Positions 1-10,851 of a stretch of 40,217 bases of DNA are shown one piece after another. Origin of the DNA: Piedraia hortae CBS 480.64 (taxonomy: Eukaryota); assembly GCA_010093745.1 (NCBI GenBank), contig MU005975.1, positions 248,001 through 288,217 on the forward strand, read 5' to 3'. The notes beneath the pieces are model-generated. The model made no database searches and had not been told where the DNA came from. It worked only from the letters and a program-made list of their open reading frames with translations. Within the stretch, counting starts at the first letter, position 1; each line of letters starts with the position of its first letter. A program made the translations under genes and the position numbers.

Positions 1-814
1 GCGGTGCTGTAACTAGATTGTAACCCGCATCTGGATGATCCTTTAGCCAGGCGCTATTGTTGGCTGTATGATTCAAAACTACATCGGTCATGCTCAAGAG
101 GTTATACTTGGTCTCCATTGTTTCGAGCAATTCAGCAACGTCTTTTGTGCCGTTAGGAAACATTTCCTGATCAAAAGCAAGCTGATCGTAGATTGAATAC
201 GGCGAATTACTTTCTCCGCGGGTCATCAAAGGCGTGAAGTGGACCATGTTATAGCCTCTCTCGCTGATACCCTGGAGATGTTTGTAAAAGTCGTCGGGAT
301 ACTTGCCCATTAGCTTTGAAAGGACGGAGATGATGCTGATGGCATCGAGCGGGACCTTTTCGCCCTGGACCTGCAGAGACGGCTCAATGTCAATGTGGTA
401 TTCACATGTCTTGGTAGGCTTTGGAGCTTCCACCGGTTCGGTAGAGAACTCGGGCAGAGGGGTATAGGTGCAGTAATAGGTAAAAGCGCCCGCAGCATAC
501 ACTGGGACATCAATTTCAATATCATTGTTGAAAGACGGGGTCAATCTAGAAATCAGCCACGAACTTGCCCAAACCTCTAGCTATACTCACTTGAATTCCT
601 GGAATTTACTCCGAACAAAATCATCTTTGTGTCCCGGTAAGTTGACCCATAGGCTGCCATTCCGACAGATGGAGCTAGTTCCGCCAATTTTGAAGCGAAT
701 GCTGTACGGAGGGTCCGTCGGCGGGGGGAGGTAGATGTATGGCGGCTCACCGGCGAGGTCGGGGGAGCCATCATTCTTCAACGGCAGCAAATGGGTTATC
801 TGCCGGGGAGCCAT
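1..814 (-). CDS. GDB1: Glycogen debranching enzyme, 5' part (runs off the left edge); exon 1 814-591, intron 590-546, exon 2 545-<1
   Basis: ATG at 814 (MAPRQITHLLPLKNDGSP). Intron GTGAGT...GCTGAT...TAG of 45 nt. Spliced exon 2 is open to the window edge and reads ...RGYNMVHFTPLMTRGESNSPYSIYDQ...DVVLNHTANNSAWLKDHPDAGYN, typical of the eukaryotic glycogen debranching enzyme N-terminus. Confidence 0.95.
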
Positions 815-1287
815 AGTTCTTGGAATCAAGAGGAGGCTGTGATCATTAATAGGAAGAGACTTGTTTCTATTTGAATGAGTGATAGGGCACGTGAGAGAGG
901 TCCTGTAATCCCTTCGATATGGCCCAATGAATAGAGGGTGGAAGGGTAGACGTCACTCGATGCAGGAACAGCAAGGATCCACGGAGCAATTCCGCTGTCA
1001 GCAAATGGTCTATCTAATCACATGGAGAGCCAGTAGCGCGGGCCGCCGTTAAGCCTATCTCGTACTGTAGTGCAGGAAGGATTTCACGTTGCCACCAGGA
1101 CACTATCGGAGACTTGTGCTGCCACTGGTATCCGATTCCATTCATGACATCCACAAGTTACCCCCCGCCCAGTAGCACAATAGCTGATAACAGACAATAA
1201 CGATGCCATCAACATCCAGCAAAATCTTCCTCCAACCCCGCGATGCGATGCGGGGTTCATGCCCTTGTCCCAACCCGGCCTGGCGTG

Positions 1288-1295
1288 TGACGTCA
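1288..1295. promoter_or_regulatory. ATF/CRE-type palindrome TGACGTCA in the divergent GDB1/TRM61 promoter
   Basis: Exact TGACGTCA within the ~600-bp divergent intergenic region; function is inferred only. Confidence 0.35.
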
Positions 1296-1410
1296 CTTCC
1301 TCCTACTTCAAAAAAATTCCCACACCATAACCAACCAACCAGCAGCTAGCAGCGTTACCGCCACGGAAGCCACCGAAAACGTCGCCGAAGAGATCATTGA
1401 AGACACCACC

Positions 1411-2655
1411 ATGGAACCCACCAACGAAACCACCACAGAATCCTCCGACACCCGCCCATTCAAACGCTCTCGCTTCCTAGAACCCTCCCCCCTCCCTTCC
1501 GCCGGGGACCTCGCAATCCTGCACGTGAAGCGCGACGTCATCACGCCCGTAATCCTGTCAACCAGCACCACAACCGGCTACGCCGAAGGCGCCGTAACAA
1601 ACACCCGTTTCGGCAGCTTTCCCCACTCACGTCTTCTCTCCTCCCCCTGGGGAAGCCAAATCCGCGCCAGCAAGGTAGACACCGGCTCACGGGGACGCGG
1701 GAAGACCCCTACCACAGCCACCGAACCAGTCGATGCTGCAGCTGGTTTCATCCACCTCTTACCCCCCACCCCCGAGACGTGGACGCTGTCGCTTTCGCAT
1801 CGGACGCAGGTGGTGTATACCCCCGATTATAGCTATGTTCTGGGGCGGATGGAGGTGCGGCCGGGGGGGAGGGTAATGGAGGCTGGCGCTGGGAGTGGGA
1901 GTTTCACACACGCCGCTGCGCGCGCGGTGTATGGGCCTGGCGGGAGGGTGTATAGTTTTGATTTTCACGAGCCGAGGGTTGAGGCGCTGAGGAAGGAGAT
2001 TGAGGAACACGGGCTTGAGGAAGTCGTGGAGGTTAGGGAGAGGGATGTTTGTACGGATGGGTTTGAGCCGGTGAGGAATAAGGTGGAGGCGGTGTTTCTG
2101 GACATGCCCGCCCCGTGGCTTGCGATACGACATTTGAATAGGGGGGATGCAACGCCGTTGGACCCAGAGGTGCCCGTGCAGTTGTGTGTGTTTGTGCCGT
2201 GTATTGAACAGGTTACGGCTACGGTGGAGACGTTAAGGACGAGTGGCTGGAGTGAGGTTGATGTGGTGGAGGTGCAGCATAAGAGGATTGAGGTTAGGAG
2301 GGAGAGGATTGGGATTCATAACGAGGGTCTTAGGGGAGTTAATTCTAGTCCCGCCAACGTGGATGAGGCGCTTACGAGGCTGAGGGAGATTGAGAAGAAT
2401 GTTGCACGGTCGTGCGAGGAGAGGAGACCGGGCAAGCCGAATGCGTGGGAGAATGTGCCTAGTAAGGCGGCGAGGTTGGAGAGGTTGAGGCAGGAGGCGA
2501 GCGAGAGGAAGGTGTACGAGGATGGGGAGCTGGTTCATGCGCCTGAACCGGAGTTGAAGAGTCATACAGCTTACCTTGTCTTTGCGGTGTTGTTGCCGCA
2601 CTTGGATGAGGACGCTGAGATGGTGTCGGTGGCATTAGAACTGGATGGAAACTGA
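1411..2655 (+). CDS. TRM61: tRNA (adenine58-N1)-methyltransferase catalytic subunit (Gcd14/Trm61 family)
   Basis: 414-aa intronless ORF with motifs TRFGSFPHS, PTPETWTLSLSHRTQVVYTPD, the SAM-binding EAGAGSGSFTH, AVFLDMPAPW, FVPCIEQV and HTAYLVFA. Confidence 0.96.
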   Translation: MEPTNETTTESSDTRPFKRSRFLEPSPLPSAGDLAILHVKRDVITPVILSTSTTTGYAEGAVTNTRFGSFPHSRLLSSPWGSQIRASKVDTGSRGRGKTPTTATEPVDAAAGFIHLLPPTPETWTLSLSHRTQVVYTPDYSYVLGRMEVRPGGRVMEAGAGSGSFTHAAARAVYGPGGRVYSFDFHEPRVEALRKEIEEHGLEEVVEVRERDVCTDGFEPVRNKVEAVFLDMPAPWLAIRHLNRGDATPLDPEVPVQLCVFVPCIEQVTATVETLRTSGWSEVDVVEVQHKRIEVRRERIGIHNEGLRGVNSSPANVDEALTRLREIEKNVARSCEERRPGKPNAWENVPSKAARLERLRQEASERKVYEDGELVHAPEPELKSHTAYLVFAVLLPHLDEDAEMVSVALELDGN

Positions 2656-2656
2656 T

Positions 2657-4296
2657 CTACATTCGCTCCCTCTTCCGCGGAGCCGCTCGGATGATGTTAT
2701 CGACTCGAAGCAACAGTTCCGCCGCTTCGGACGCTGAACTGACCACGGCTCGCTTCAGTTTGTAACTCTCCAACACTCCGGCTTCGCTCATGTCTATGAT
2801 TCCACCGGCAGGACTCATCAGGTCCAGGCCGGCTGTCTTTTGTCCTGCGTAGATGGCTTTGCGCAGACGGGCAACGAGGTCAGCGCTGTCTAGCCCGGCG
2901 TTGTCGGCCAGAATGGTAGGCAGCTGACGGAGGGCTTTGGAGAACGCCTCAACCGCAAGAGCCTTCTTTCCGGCGACTTGCTTGGCTGCATTGTCTACTG
3001 CTTTAGACATCAACATCTCGGCACAGCCTCCGCCCAGCGTCACCCGCGGATTGGCCACCGTCTGTGAGAGGACGGCCAGAGCATCATGCAGCGACCGCTC
3101 AGCCTCGTCCAGCAGCTGCTCTGTTGCTCCACGAAGAACAATCGTGCACGCCTTTCCAGCTGCCACTCCCTCGAAGCGGATCAACGTGTCTTCCCCGATG
3201 ATGACCTCCTCAATCAGATCACAGTGACCCAGTTTGACCTGCTCCGGGTGATCAAACGTCGACGCAATCTCTGCGCCCGTCACTAGCGCCAGCCGCTCCA
3301 CTCCATCAAAGTCTGCGTGTTCAATCGACGTGATCCCGGCATCCGCAAACAGCTGCTCGGGCCAATTGTAGATCAGCTGCCGGTTGACAAAGCAGTTAAT
3401 CCCCAGCGCCTTGATCCTCTCCACCTTTGCCTTCATCTTCTCCCTCTCTGCCCTCTCCAGTTCCGCCAACTTTCCCGTACTATCGACCTTGACCCTCGCC
3501 CCAAAAATCTTGACCTTATCCGTATCCATCGACGTGTTCGCCACCAGAATCTTCGCCTTCTCCACTCTCTTCGGCTGATTAACCCCAAACCTCTTATCCA
3601 GAATAAATCCTCCATCGAGGTATGAATCCGACAACTTCCCACCCGCCTTCTTAATGATCTGAATGTGCGTCAAATCCGTCGATCCCTTCATCCTCAGTAC
3701 CGCCTCCGTCGCCAGCTCCGCAAACTGTTCCTTATCCTGACTCAACACCTTTGACGACAGCGTCGTCCTCGCAATTGCCTTCAGATCCTCCCTGAACACC
3801 TCTTTATCCCCGCTCCGATCAACCGCCACAGACTCCAGCTCCCCCAACGCCGCTCGACTCCCAATCCTGAATCCATCAATAATCGTCTGTGGATGCATTT
3901 TCCTCTCCACCAGCCCCTCCGCTTCCCTCAACAGCTCCGCCGCAAGCACAGCAACACTCGTCGTACCATCCCCGACCTCGTCATCCTGCACCTTGGAAAT
4001 ATTAACCAACACCTTCGCAGCGGCATTGTCCAGTGCAATCGCTTTTAGAATCGTAGCGCCATCATTCGTAACTAGCACCTCCCCGGTTGAGGCAGATTGC
4101 AGAATTTTGTCCATTCCCTTCGGTCCGAGGGTGGATTTTACGAGATCGCCAACGGCGATTGCACCGACGAAGGCAGAGAGGCGCGCGTTTTCGCCTTTTT
4201 CTTCGATCGCACCGTCGCTAAAGATTTGGGTGGGGTTTTCGAAGGACTACTACCGGTTAGTGGGGAATAGGGAGGGTGGGCAAGGGGACTTGCCAT
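2657..4296 (-). CDS. CCT2: T-complex protein 1 subunit beta (CCT-beta); exon 1 is the ATG only (4296-4294), GC-AG intron 4293-4247, exon 2 4246-2657
   Basis: Motifs [30 protein letters not shown] and [19 protein letters not shown]. The frame is open upstream of the track ORF as [28 protein letters not shown] and joins to the ATG through the intron GCAAGT...CTAAC...TAG. Confidence 0.97.
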
Positions 4297-5243
4297 TGCG
4301 ATGGGTTGAGCTGCAATTTTTTGGGGTGACGTTTGAGGTTGGAAGTGCGGGCCGGGCCGGAATGGGGAGCCAATTGAGATTCTGGATCCTGAAGGGGCTC
4401 CCACAACCAATTCAGGCTCGAAAAACCCGTACTCTGCTCGAAAATCACGAAGCGACGTCCAAGGTCATGAAGAGTGTCAAAGAGACACCGTCGATGCAAC
4501 TTCTCTAAGGGAAATGGGCGTGGAAAAGGTATGGACAAGGCCAAGGACAAAGACTACTACCCTGGATGTATTTTCCACGACGAGAGCAAATGAAAATCGG
4601 ACAGAAACCCTGACTACCATGACATGGACACGGACTTGGGCCCGGAGACTCATAGCGTCAAGACAGTTACTGTTTGTTGATGAATGACGTCTTGCATGCG
4701 TTGCACACAAATAGGGTTTAAGCCTCCCATAAACAGATTTTCTGGACTTCTGGCGCCGTAGGGAATATGGGCTGGCCCCCAACACTTTTGTACTTTTGGT
4801 AGACTGAATGCATTCCTTTGCCGCGATTGTCACTACGAACTGTTACATCTGCGGCCCCAGCCTCCGAGGTGCCCAAAACGACTTTGGAAAAGGACGACTC
4901 GGTTTAAGAGCTCCCGATGAACACGCACGCTCCGTGAAATGGAGAAAAACTCAATGAATCACTTGTACTAGTAAAAAATGCACTAATTGCAGAATCAGCT
5001 GAGACTTACACACCGACTTGTCTCAAGACAAACCCCAAGGGCCACTTTCCTGCTACACCAGGGCCTTCACGGGATGTGGCGAAAAGAATCACGGAAGAAC
5101 AGGCCGATGGTCTCAAGATCCGTCACACTCTCGCACAGGGTCTCTTAGCAGTCATCCATGGCTATATGGCAATGGCCCATGGTGGAACTAGGGCCCCTCC
5201 ATCAAAACCACAGTAGCCACATCCAACATTAACGAGGTAGAGG

Positions 5244-6450
5244 ATGAGAAAGTTCCACATCAGTACTGGACCGCCAAAGTACATAAGTCCCCAAGCAATG
5301 TATCACCTTTGTAGTGCCAAGCGCGGATGGCATACCACGAGACTCTCTGAGCGCTTGCGCAGCCAATGCCCAACAAAATACCCCATTTCAGCAAGTACGA
5401 AACGGTATTCGTCGTCGACCAGCTCAGGAGTCCGACCCCACTGAAGCCCGACCATTTCCAGGACATTCGTATGGCAATGGCAAGACACATATTCCTCAAA
5501 AACCTGCCACTGCGCAAGCTCTTCAACGTCATCAACCCGTCGATTAAAACCCTCCGTCCCGCTAATTTATCCGGACCACTGTTGAAGCAGGTATACCAAG
5601 AATCCAGCCGACCGTGCCGCTTCTATGCGGGCGCTCCTCCGCCGAGGCCCACTACCTGTTGTCGAGAAATATCGACGCCACGCCTCGGCCTGATAACAAA
5701 GGCTATACAAGGAAAAATCTTGTATAGCAGACACTCAAAGTGTAGAAAGCGTTGTTATGCACCAAGACGATGATGTGCAGTAGCACCTCAACGAATAAGT
5801 TGTAGGGAAGATCCATAACATAGACAATAACAATCACTCCTTACTAATATCATGAAATGTACCAACCATCGAAGGGTGTACACGCGCCTCAGATACCTGT
5901 GCCGTCCATCACAAGGTGCATGGCAAAAAGGACAACGGAGTAATGGAGCCATATTTGGAATTGTTTGAACGAAGAAGCTACTTCTATAAAAGCTCGCTAA
6001 TGAACAACAGAGAAAGATAATTCAAACAACTTAATCTTCAGAACGATTATGCTACGCAACAACTACCTCCCAACACTCCCCCCCGCAAAGATGGCATCCA
6101 AATGAACATAGACGCGATATTCGATGAGCGCACGGACGAAGGACGCCTCGTTCCGCGCTGTGAGTTGAATTCAAATCCGAAGCCTCTTAGCAAGTGATTT
6201 GATCTCGCAATTTCTAAGGCGTTTCGTTCATTATGGGCGAGTCAACGAATTTTCGGGACCATCGCGTTATCAACGCTTGCGGCAGAGTAGGGCGCCTTTT
6301 ACGTTGAATCAGCGGTGGTTGTTAAGCGTGGCGGATCGGTTCTTTTCTATGGTCCACTGGACGCATGGATTTCACCCAACAACGTCGCTCTGCTTGGCAT
6401 CACCTACCACACAGACCCTGGAAGACCGTTCGATTGGCGGCTGCCAGTAG
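5244..6450 (+). mobile_element. Degenerate hAT-superfamily transposase remnant(s)
   Basis: Decayed BED-finger-like stretch (AMYHLCSAKRGWHTTRLSERLRSQCP), followed by IFLKNLPL...NLSGPLLKQVYQE. At ~6350-6410, LDAWISPNNVALLGITYH matches the hAT first catalytic-Asp motif (DxWTSPN...LGITxH). Many stops and frameshifts. Confidence 0.6.
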
Positions 6451-6600
6451 TTATCGAAACAGGCGCAAGTCAAAGCTTTGCGGGTGCTGCACTACTTCAA
6501 CCTCACTAGGGCGGAGATATCGATAGCCGCACCCAATTGACTATTAGTCCCGCAAGTTGGCTGCTCGTAATTGTGAGCATTGGGCCGCGGAGAAAAGAAT

Positions 6601-7009
6601 TGTAGAGATTTGGCTCTCGTGGGTGAGAGTGCACAGCGACCCGAAGAGGACAGAGCGATAGACGGAATCAGGGACAGGAAAGATGTAGATGTATGTGAGT
6701 CAAAAATACCAGTTGCAGCATGGTAGTGTGAATGACTATATTTAATAAGGGGACGTTCAGAATGACAATTCTGTACCGGTGGACCGGTGACGTCACGTCG
6801 TACACTAGCGGGGCGTATTCACCATGTCACATATGACATGACCCTGAGGGAAAACCTCTGTGAAGGAAAACCTCTGTGAGGGAAAACCTCTGTGAGGGAA
6901 AACCTCTGTGAGGGAAAAACCTAGGGTGCAGCTGGTAGTGTAGGAGGTATCGCTGACTTGCTATACAAGTGCCCTGCATACGCGCTAGCGGCGATGCTTG
7001 AATCCCACA
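6601..7009. mobile_element. Solo LTR family A, copy 1 (with internal 16-bp tandem expansion)
   Basis: TGTAG...CCACA termini; flanks AGAAT/ATAAT (4/5 TSD match); highly similar to the copies at 22855, 32926 and 40125. Confidence 0.88.
6845..6924. repeat. 16-bp tandem repeat TGAGGGAAAACCTCTG x4 plus a degenerate fifth unit inside LTR A
   Basis: Units start at 6845, 6861, 6877, 6893 and 6909; the other full LTR A copies have one unit plus the degenerate one. Confidence 0.95.
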
Positions 7010-7180
7010 ATAATCAAGCGAGTTGTCTTGACGATGGATAGGTAGAATGCAGGGAATCCTGCATGCTGGCAACAACCTGCCGGTCCCGGCGATAGACCGC
7101 ACTTGGGGCCATGGATTCGATTTTGCTGCTGGGGTTCTTGCAATATTCAGCCACAGACAATTCACGCGATGGTCACTTCC

Positions 7181-7357
7181 TACGAGGCGGTGGCCAGTGT
7201 CGATCCTTGCCGGTGCCTCGACATGTCAATCGCATGATCGACCTTGTTGTCGCTGAGATTAGTTGTTCCTCGTGCATGGTTTCGCCTGCCGACGCGGGAG
7301 GGCAGTCGCGTTGTGGTCTTTCTTTTATCGCTGTTTCCTCTGTTCACACCAGTGATA
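7181..7357 (-). mobile_element. Short interspersed element family B (TA...TA solo-LTR-like), copy 1
   Basis: Reverse complement of the 9657/16124/24213 repeat; flanks CTTCC/TTTCC (4/5 TSD match). Confidence 0.85.
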
Positions 7358-7606
7358 TTTCCTTTTAACTTTTCAATGCCATCGACAAGGTCATGGCCAT
7401 CACCACGAACAATGCAAGAAGCAACGATGCCATATCCGAAGACCCTGTCATATCTTCAACATCGCGGTCCAAGTCTGCATGAGGCAGGATAAAATTGCCA
7501 AAAAGCCCCAAGGGACAGAACTCGATGGATGAAATCCAGAGCACCGTGGGTGCCTTGTTGTCACGGACTGGTCACTTTCTCTCCTTCTTCAACGTCAGCA
7601 CACACG

Positions 7607-8201
7607 ATGGCAAAGCACGAAGCGGGAGATGCACTCAGCGACGTTGAGATTACTCGGCCAGCCCGGCGGACAAGGTCGAGCTATGCGACGGCTGAAAAGA
7701 CTACAGAGATTACGGAGGCTACGAAGACTGTGAAGACTCCGAAGATTATGAAGGTTGTAGAGGCTACTGATGATACGGTGGAGGAGTCGTGTGGTGGGAA
7801 GGGCAAGATGGATGCTGTTAATGCTGGCAAGTTGGATAGTACCAAGGGTGGTGTGAAAGGCAAGATGGAAGCTGTGGATATTGGCAGTTTGGGTGATTTT
7901 AAGGCTATATCGGTGGGTGCTGGCAAGGCGGATGGCTCTGGCGGTGAGAAAAGGCCGGGTAAGACTGCCGCCCAAGGACTGGGAGGAGTTTCGCAACCGG
8001 GTTTATGCCTTTGACATCCAGGATCCGGGGTACATGGCCAAGTTTTACCATGTGAGTTTCGTGGTTTGCATGCTACGTACGAGGCTGACTTCTGCTGCGG
8101 GAAGAAATCGAAGTGAAGCTGGGGGTGATGGAGAGGAACATCTTGATGACGAGGAAAGATGTGCGTGCGATGAAGAAGGCTATGCACCGGCTGTAACCTA
8201 G
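7607..8201 (+). pseudogene. Unrecognised lineage-specific low-complexity gene, probably frameshifted
   Basis: ATG at 7607 in a CACACGATGG context; T/K/E/G-rich ORF with an internal GKM(D/E)AV duplication. It continues in another frame (LPPKDWEEFRNRVYAFD) up to a GTGAGT donor-like site. No family recognised. Confidence 0.35.
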
Positions 8202-9656
8202 CCACGTTGATTAGTAGCCGTGATAGTCTTCTGCTGGGCTGCTGACCCACACCCACAAACTAGATCCAACAACTCAGAAATTTTAAACTTTCTTGACAAG
8301 ATGGCAAAGAACTCAAGACATCACTGACCTCCCCGTCTTCAGCGCAAAGCAGGGTGCCTATGTGATACCAAATGAGAACCATATTTTCCCTCAGATGAGG
8401 ATCGTGCTGTGTTTGAATTAGATGGTTGCGGTTCCGCCTCCCAAGGCGGGTGGTCATCTCAACCGGGAAATTCACGACCAATTCTCAGGTGAGAAAAATG
8501 ATGGCTCGGAAAGATATCCCAGAATTTTTTGCGTGATTTTGACAGGCCTTTGGGCAGACTTATCATAGATGAGTATAGGTATTTTACGAATGTGCAAGAG
8601 GCGGATTAGGGCATGTGGAGTGGAATCTTGGTAGACTTTATATTCCTGAGCTTCCTTCTCACCAATATGTCATCTTGTACCTTTTTGAATCATGTTTCTC
8701 TCCTCTCCTTTCCATCCATCTGGGTCATCTTCGGTTTTTCCGCAATCAAATATCAAGTTGATGTTTGATTATGGGGAGGGAGTCCAACCTCCGCCCAAAA
8801 TCATAGAAATGATTCCAGTCAATAGTCAATCCGCACGGATGATTAAACCGCACCTTGGGCCAGAAGTTTTGAAGAAAACTGTTTAATCGTCGACACTCCA
8901 GATGCTCCATTTTTCTTGGTTGAAGCTTGAGGTTTCTGCTGGCGTTATATAAGCAGTTTTAACGTCTGTGTCCAGGATGGGGTTGCAAACGACACATCCG
9001 GCCTGGTATACCCTAAGCTGGCCGAGAAGTCGCCTGCACGTCTGTGTCTGGCTGATTCTTATAAAAAAACGTCGTCACCGCCCGAAATTCCTCCGTTCCG
9101 TGATTCTGCAGAATCCTTTCTGCATGGTTTCTCGAAATCCTGCGGCCATCTTGGCTAATTTGCATTTTCAGATACAAGCCATTTACCTCCTGCGCTGGAC
9201 AATTTTGTGAGAAGTTCTCATCTCAGAGTTGCTCTCCACGGGTATCGTCGGTTAGAAGCCGATCTGGATGCCGCTTCCGAGGATATGATGATGGGGAAGG
9301 TTTGATAACGTGCTGTCGCAAACCAGCTACCACGGAAGGCTGACTAAGGCGTAGTTGCGTGTCCCAAAGGATGTCGACCCGAAGAGAAAGACGCGTGGCG
9401 CATTGGATACAGCTGCTTTCAATTCGACTTCCATGGCTGTGGGGAAGGCTGTTGCACTTGATCCTTCCAAGTTGCTCTAAATCCATACTTCCCCTGTCTC
9501 TGACCATCTCCAGCTCCAGTCAGAAAAATGTACCCCTCGTCATCCCGCCTAACAGTGTCCCTTTCCTCCATGCGCGCGCCTCGTCGCAAAAAAAGCAGCC
9601 GTGGTCCTGCCGTTACCCTTCCCATCCCCCAACTCCCCATCGCATCCCTCTCTCCA

Positions 9657-9832
9657 TAACACTGGTGTGGACAGGAAACAGCGATGAAAGAAAGACAACG
9701 CGACTGCCCGCCCGTACCGGCGGGCGGAACTATATACAAGTAAACAACTAATCTATTAGCGACAAAAATGTCGATCATAGGATCGACATGCTGAGGCACC
9801 GGCAAGGATCGACATTATGCCACCGCCTCGTA
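9657..9832 (+). mobile_element. Family B element, copy 2
   Basis: TAACACTGGTG...GCCTCGTA, 176 bp, perfect TSD CTCCA (9652-9656 / 9833-9837). Confidence 0.9.
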
Positions 9833-9979
9833 CTCCACCAATTCGTTAATTCTTATTTTCCCTTTCCGGCGAATTTTGCGGAAACTGCAAAAATCCCAAC
9901 CCCAACTTGTCAATCGCGGAACTTTTCCGCCCTCCCAACCTCACCCCATCCCATTCCCAACATAAGTGTCCAACAAACA

Positions 9980-10228
9980 ATGCGCCCTCTCTTAAAAACA
10001 CCCCTATTATGGGCTGGGAAGCGTTTCCACTCAACAGTCAACCCGCACAGACAGTTTTACCGAACTTTTGGCCAGCCGCTAGCGAGGAACTTTCTAATTG
10101 CCATGGCGACGTTTCAGGTTCTGTATATCACTTGGGTGAAGCTTGAGAGTATTGAGGTTAAGCATCGGAAGAATGAAGAGGTGGGGAGGTTAGAGGAGGA
10201 GATTGGGAGGTTGAGGGGGAAGTTATAG
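9980..10228 (+). CDS. Small mitochondrial inner-membrane protein, INA17 (inner membrane assembly complex subunit)-like
   Basis: 82-aa ORF from ATG 9980: basic presequence-like N-terminus, FYRTFGQPLARNFLIAMATFQVLYITWVKLE (one TM segment) and a C-terminal coiled coil. Pattern recalled from conserved Pezizomycotina INA17-like proteins. Confidence 0.7.
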   Translation: MRPLLKTPLLWAGKRFHSTVNPHRQFYRTFGQPLARNFLIAMATFQVLYITWVKLESIEVKHRKNEEVGRLEEEIGRLRGKL

Positions 10229-10851
10229 GGGGGGGAGAAGTAGAATGGGATGGGTGGATTTGCGGCTCCATTGGGGTGAATCGATGGGAGGATGGATTGA
10301 TTGGGGGAACGGGAGCGATGAGCAAGGTACGAGCTCTGGGGCTGTAATGGCTTTGTGAATATTCAATGGGGGCCGTACAACCGGGGTTTTATTAAGGCAT
10401 GCGTTGCGTTACCTGAGTTTATCAGGAGCTGGAGGTGGGGATGGATCCTGGGAGGTTGCAAAAGCAAAGGTTGTAATGTGTTTGTCTAACGTGGGGGTGT
10501 GCATTGGAGTTCGCTTTATGAACTGTGCTAATGTAGATCTTCAGGTGAAGTGATTATGTACATACAGAATCGAGCTGGGTCCAGCTTTTCTTTTATAAGA
10601 TGTGGACATGCTGTTCTGTGACTATCAAGTCGTTCCCGAAACTCCTCTGATCAATATCAACCTACACTGCGATCGAACGCTCTCCGAACCCGTGAACATA
10701 AGATCGATTCTACATGTGTCTACCAAAAGGGAAGGCACAACCGTACCAGAGCATGTGACAATCACCATAGTGTGGTATCCAGCAAACGACACTGCTTCTG
10801 TAGAGATTGATACAATTCGTCTGGCAAAGATCCTGATCTACAACTGCTGCA

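Noticed and set aside
6845..6924. Short palindromic repeats resembling a CRISPR array
   Set aside because: No spacers; it is a head-to-tail minisatellite inside a fungal LTR, and there are no cas genes.
8260..9640. Possible decayed minus-strand gene
   Set aside because: Only short stop-riddled frames with no recognisable motif; it cannot be supported without a homology search.
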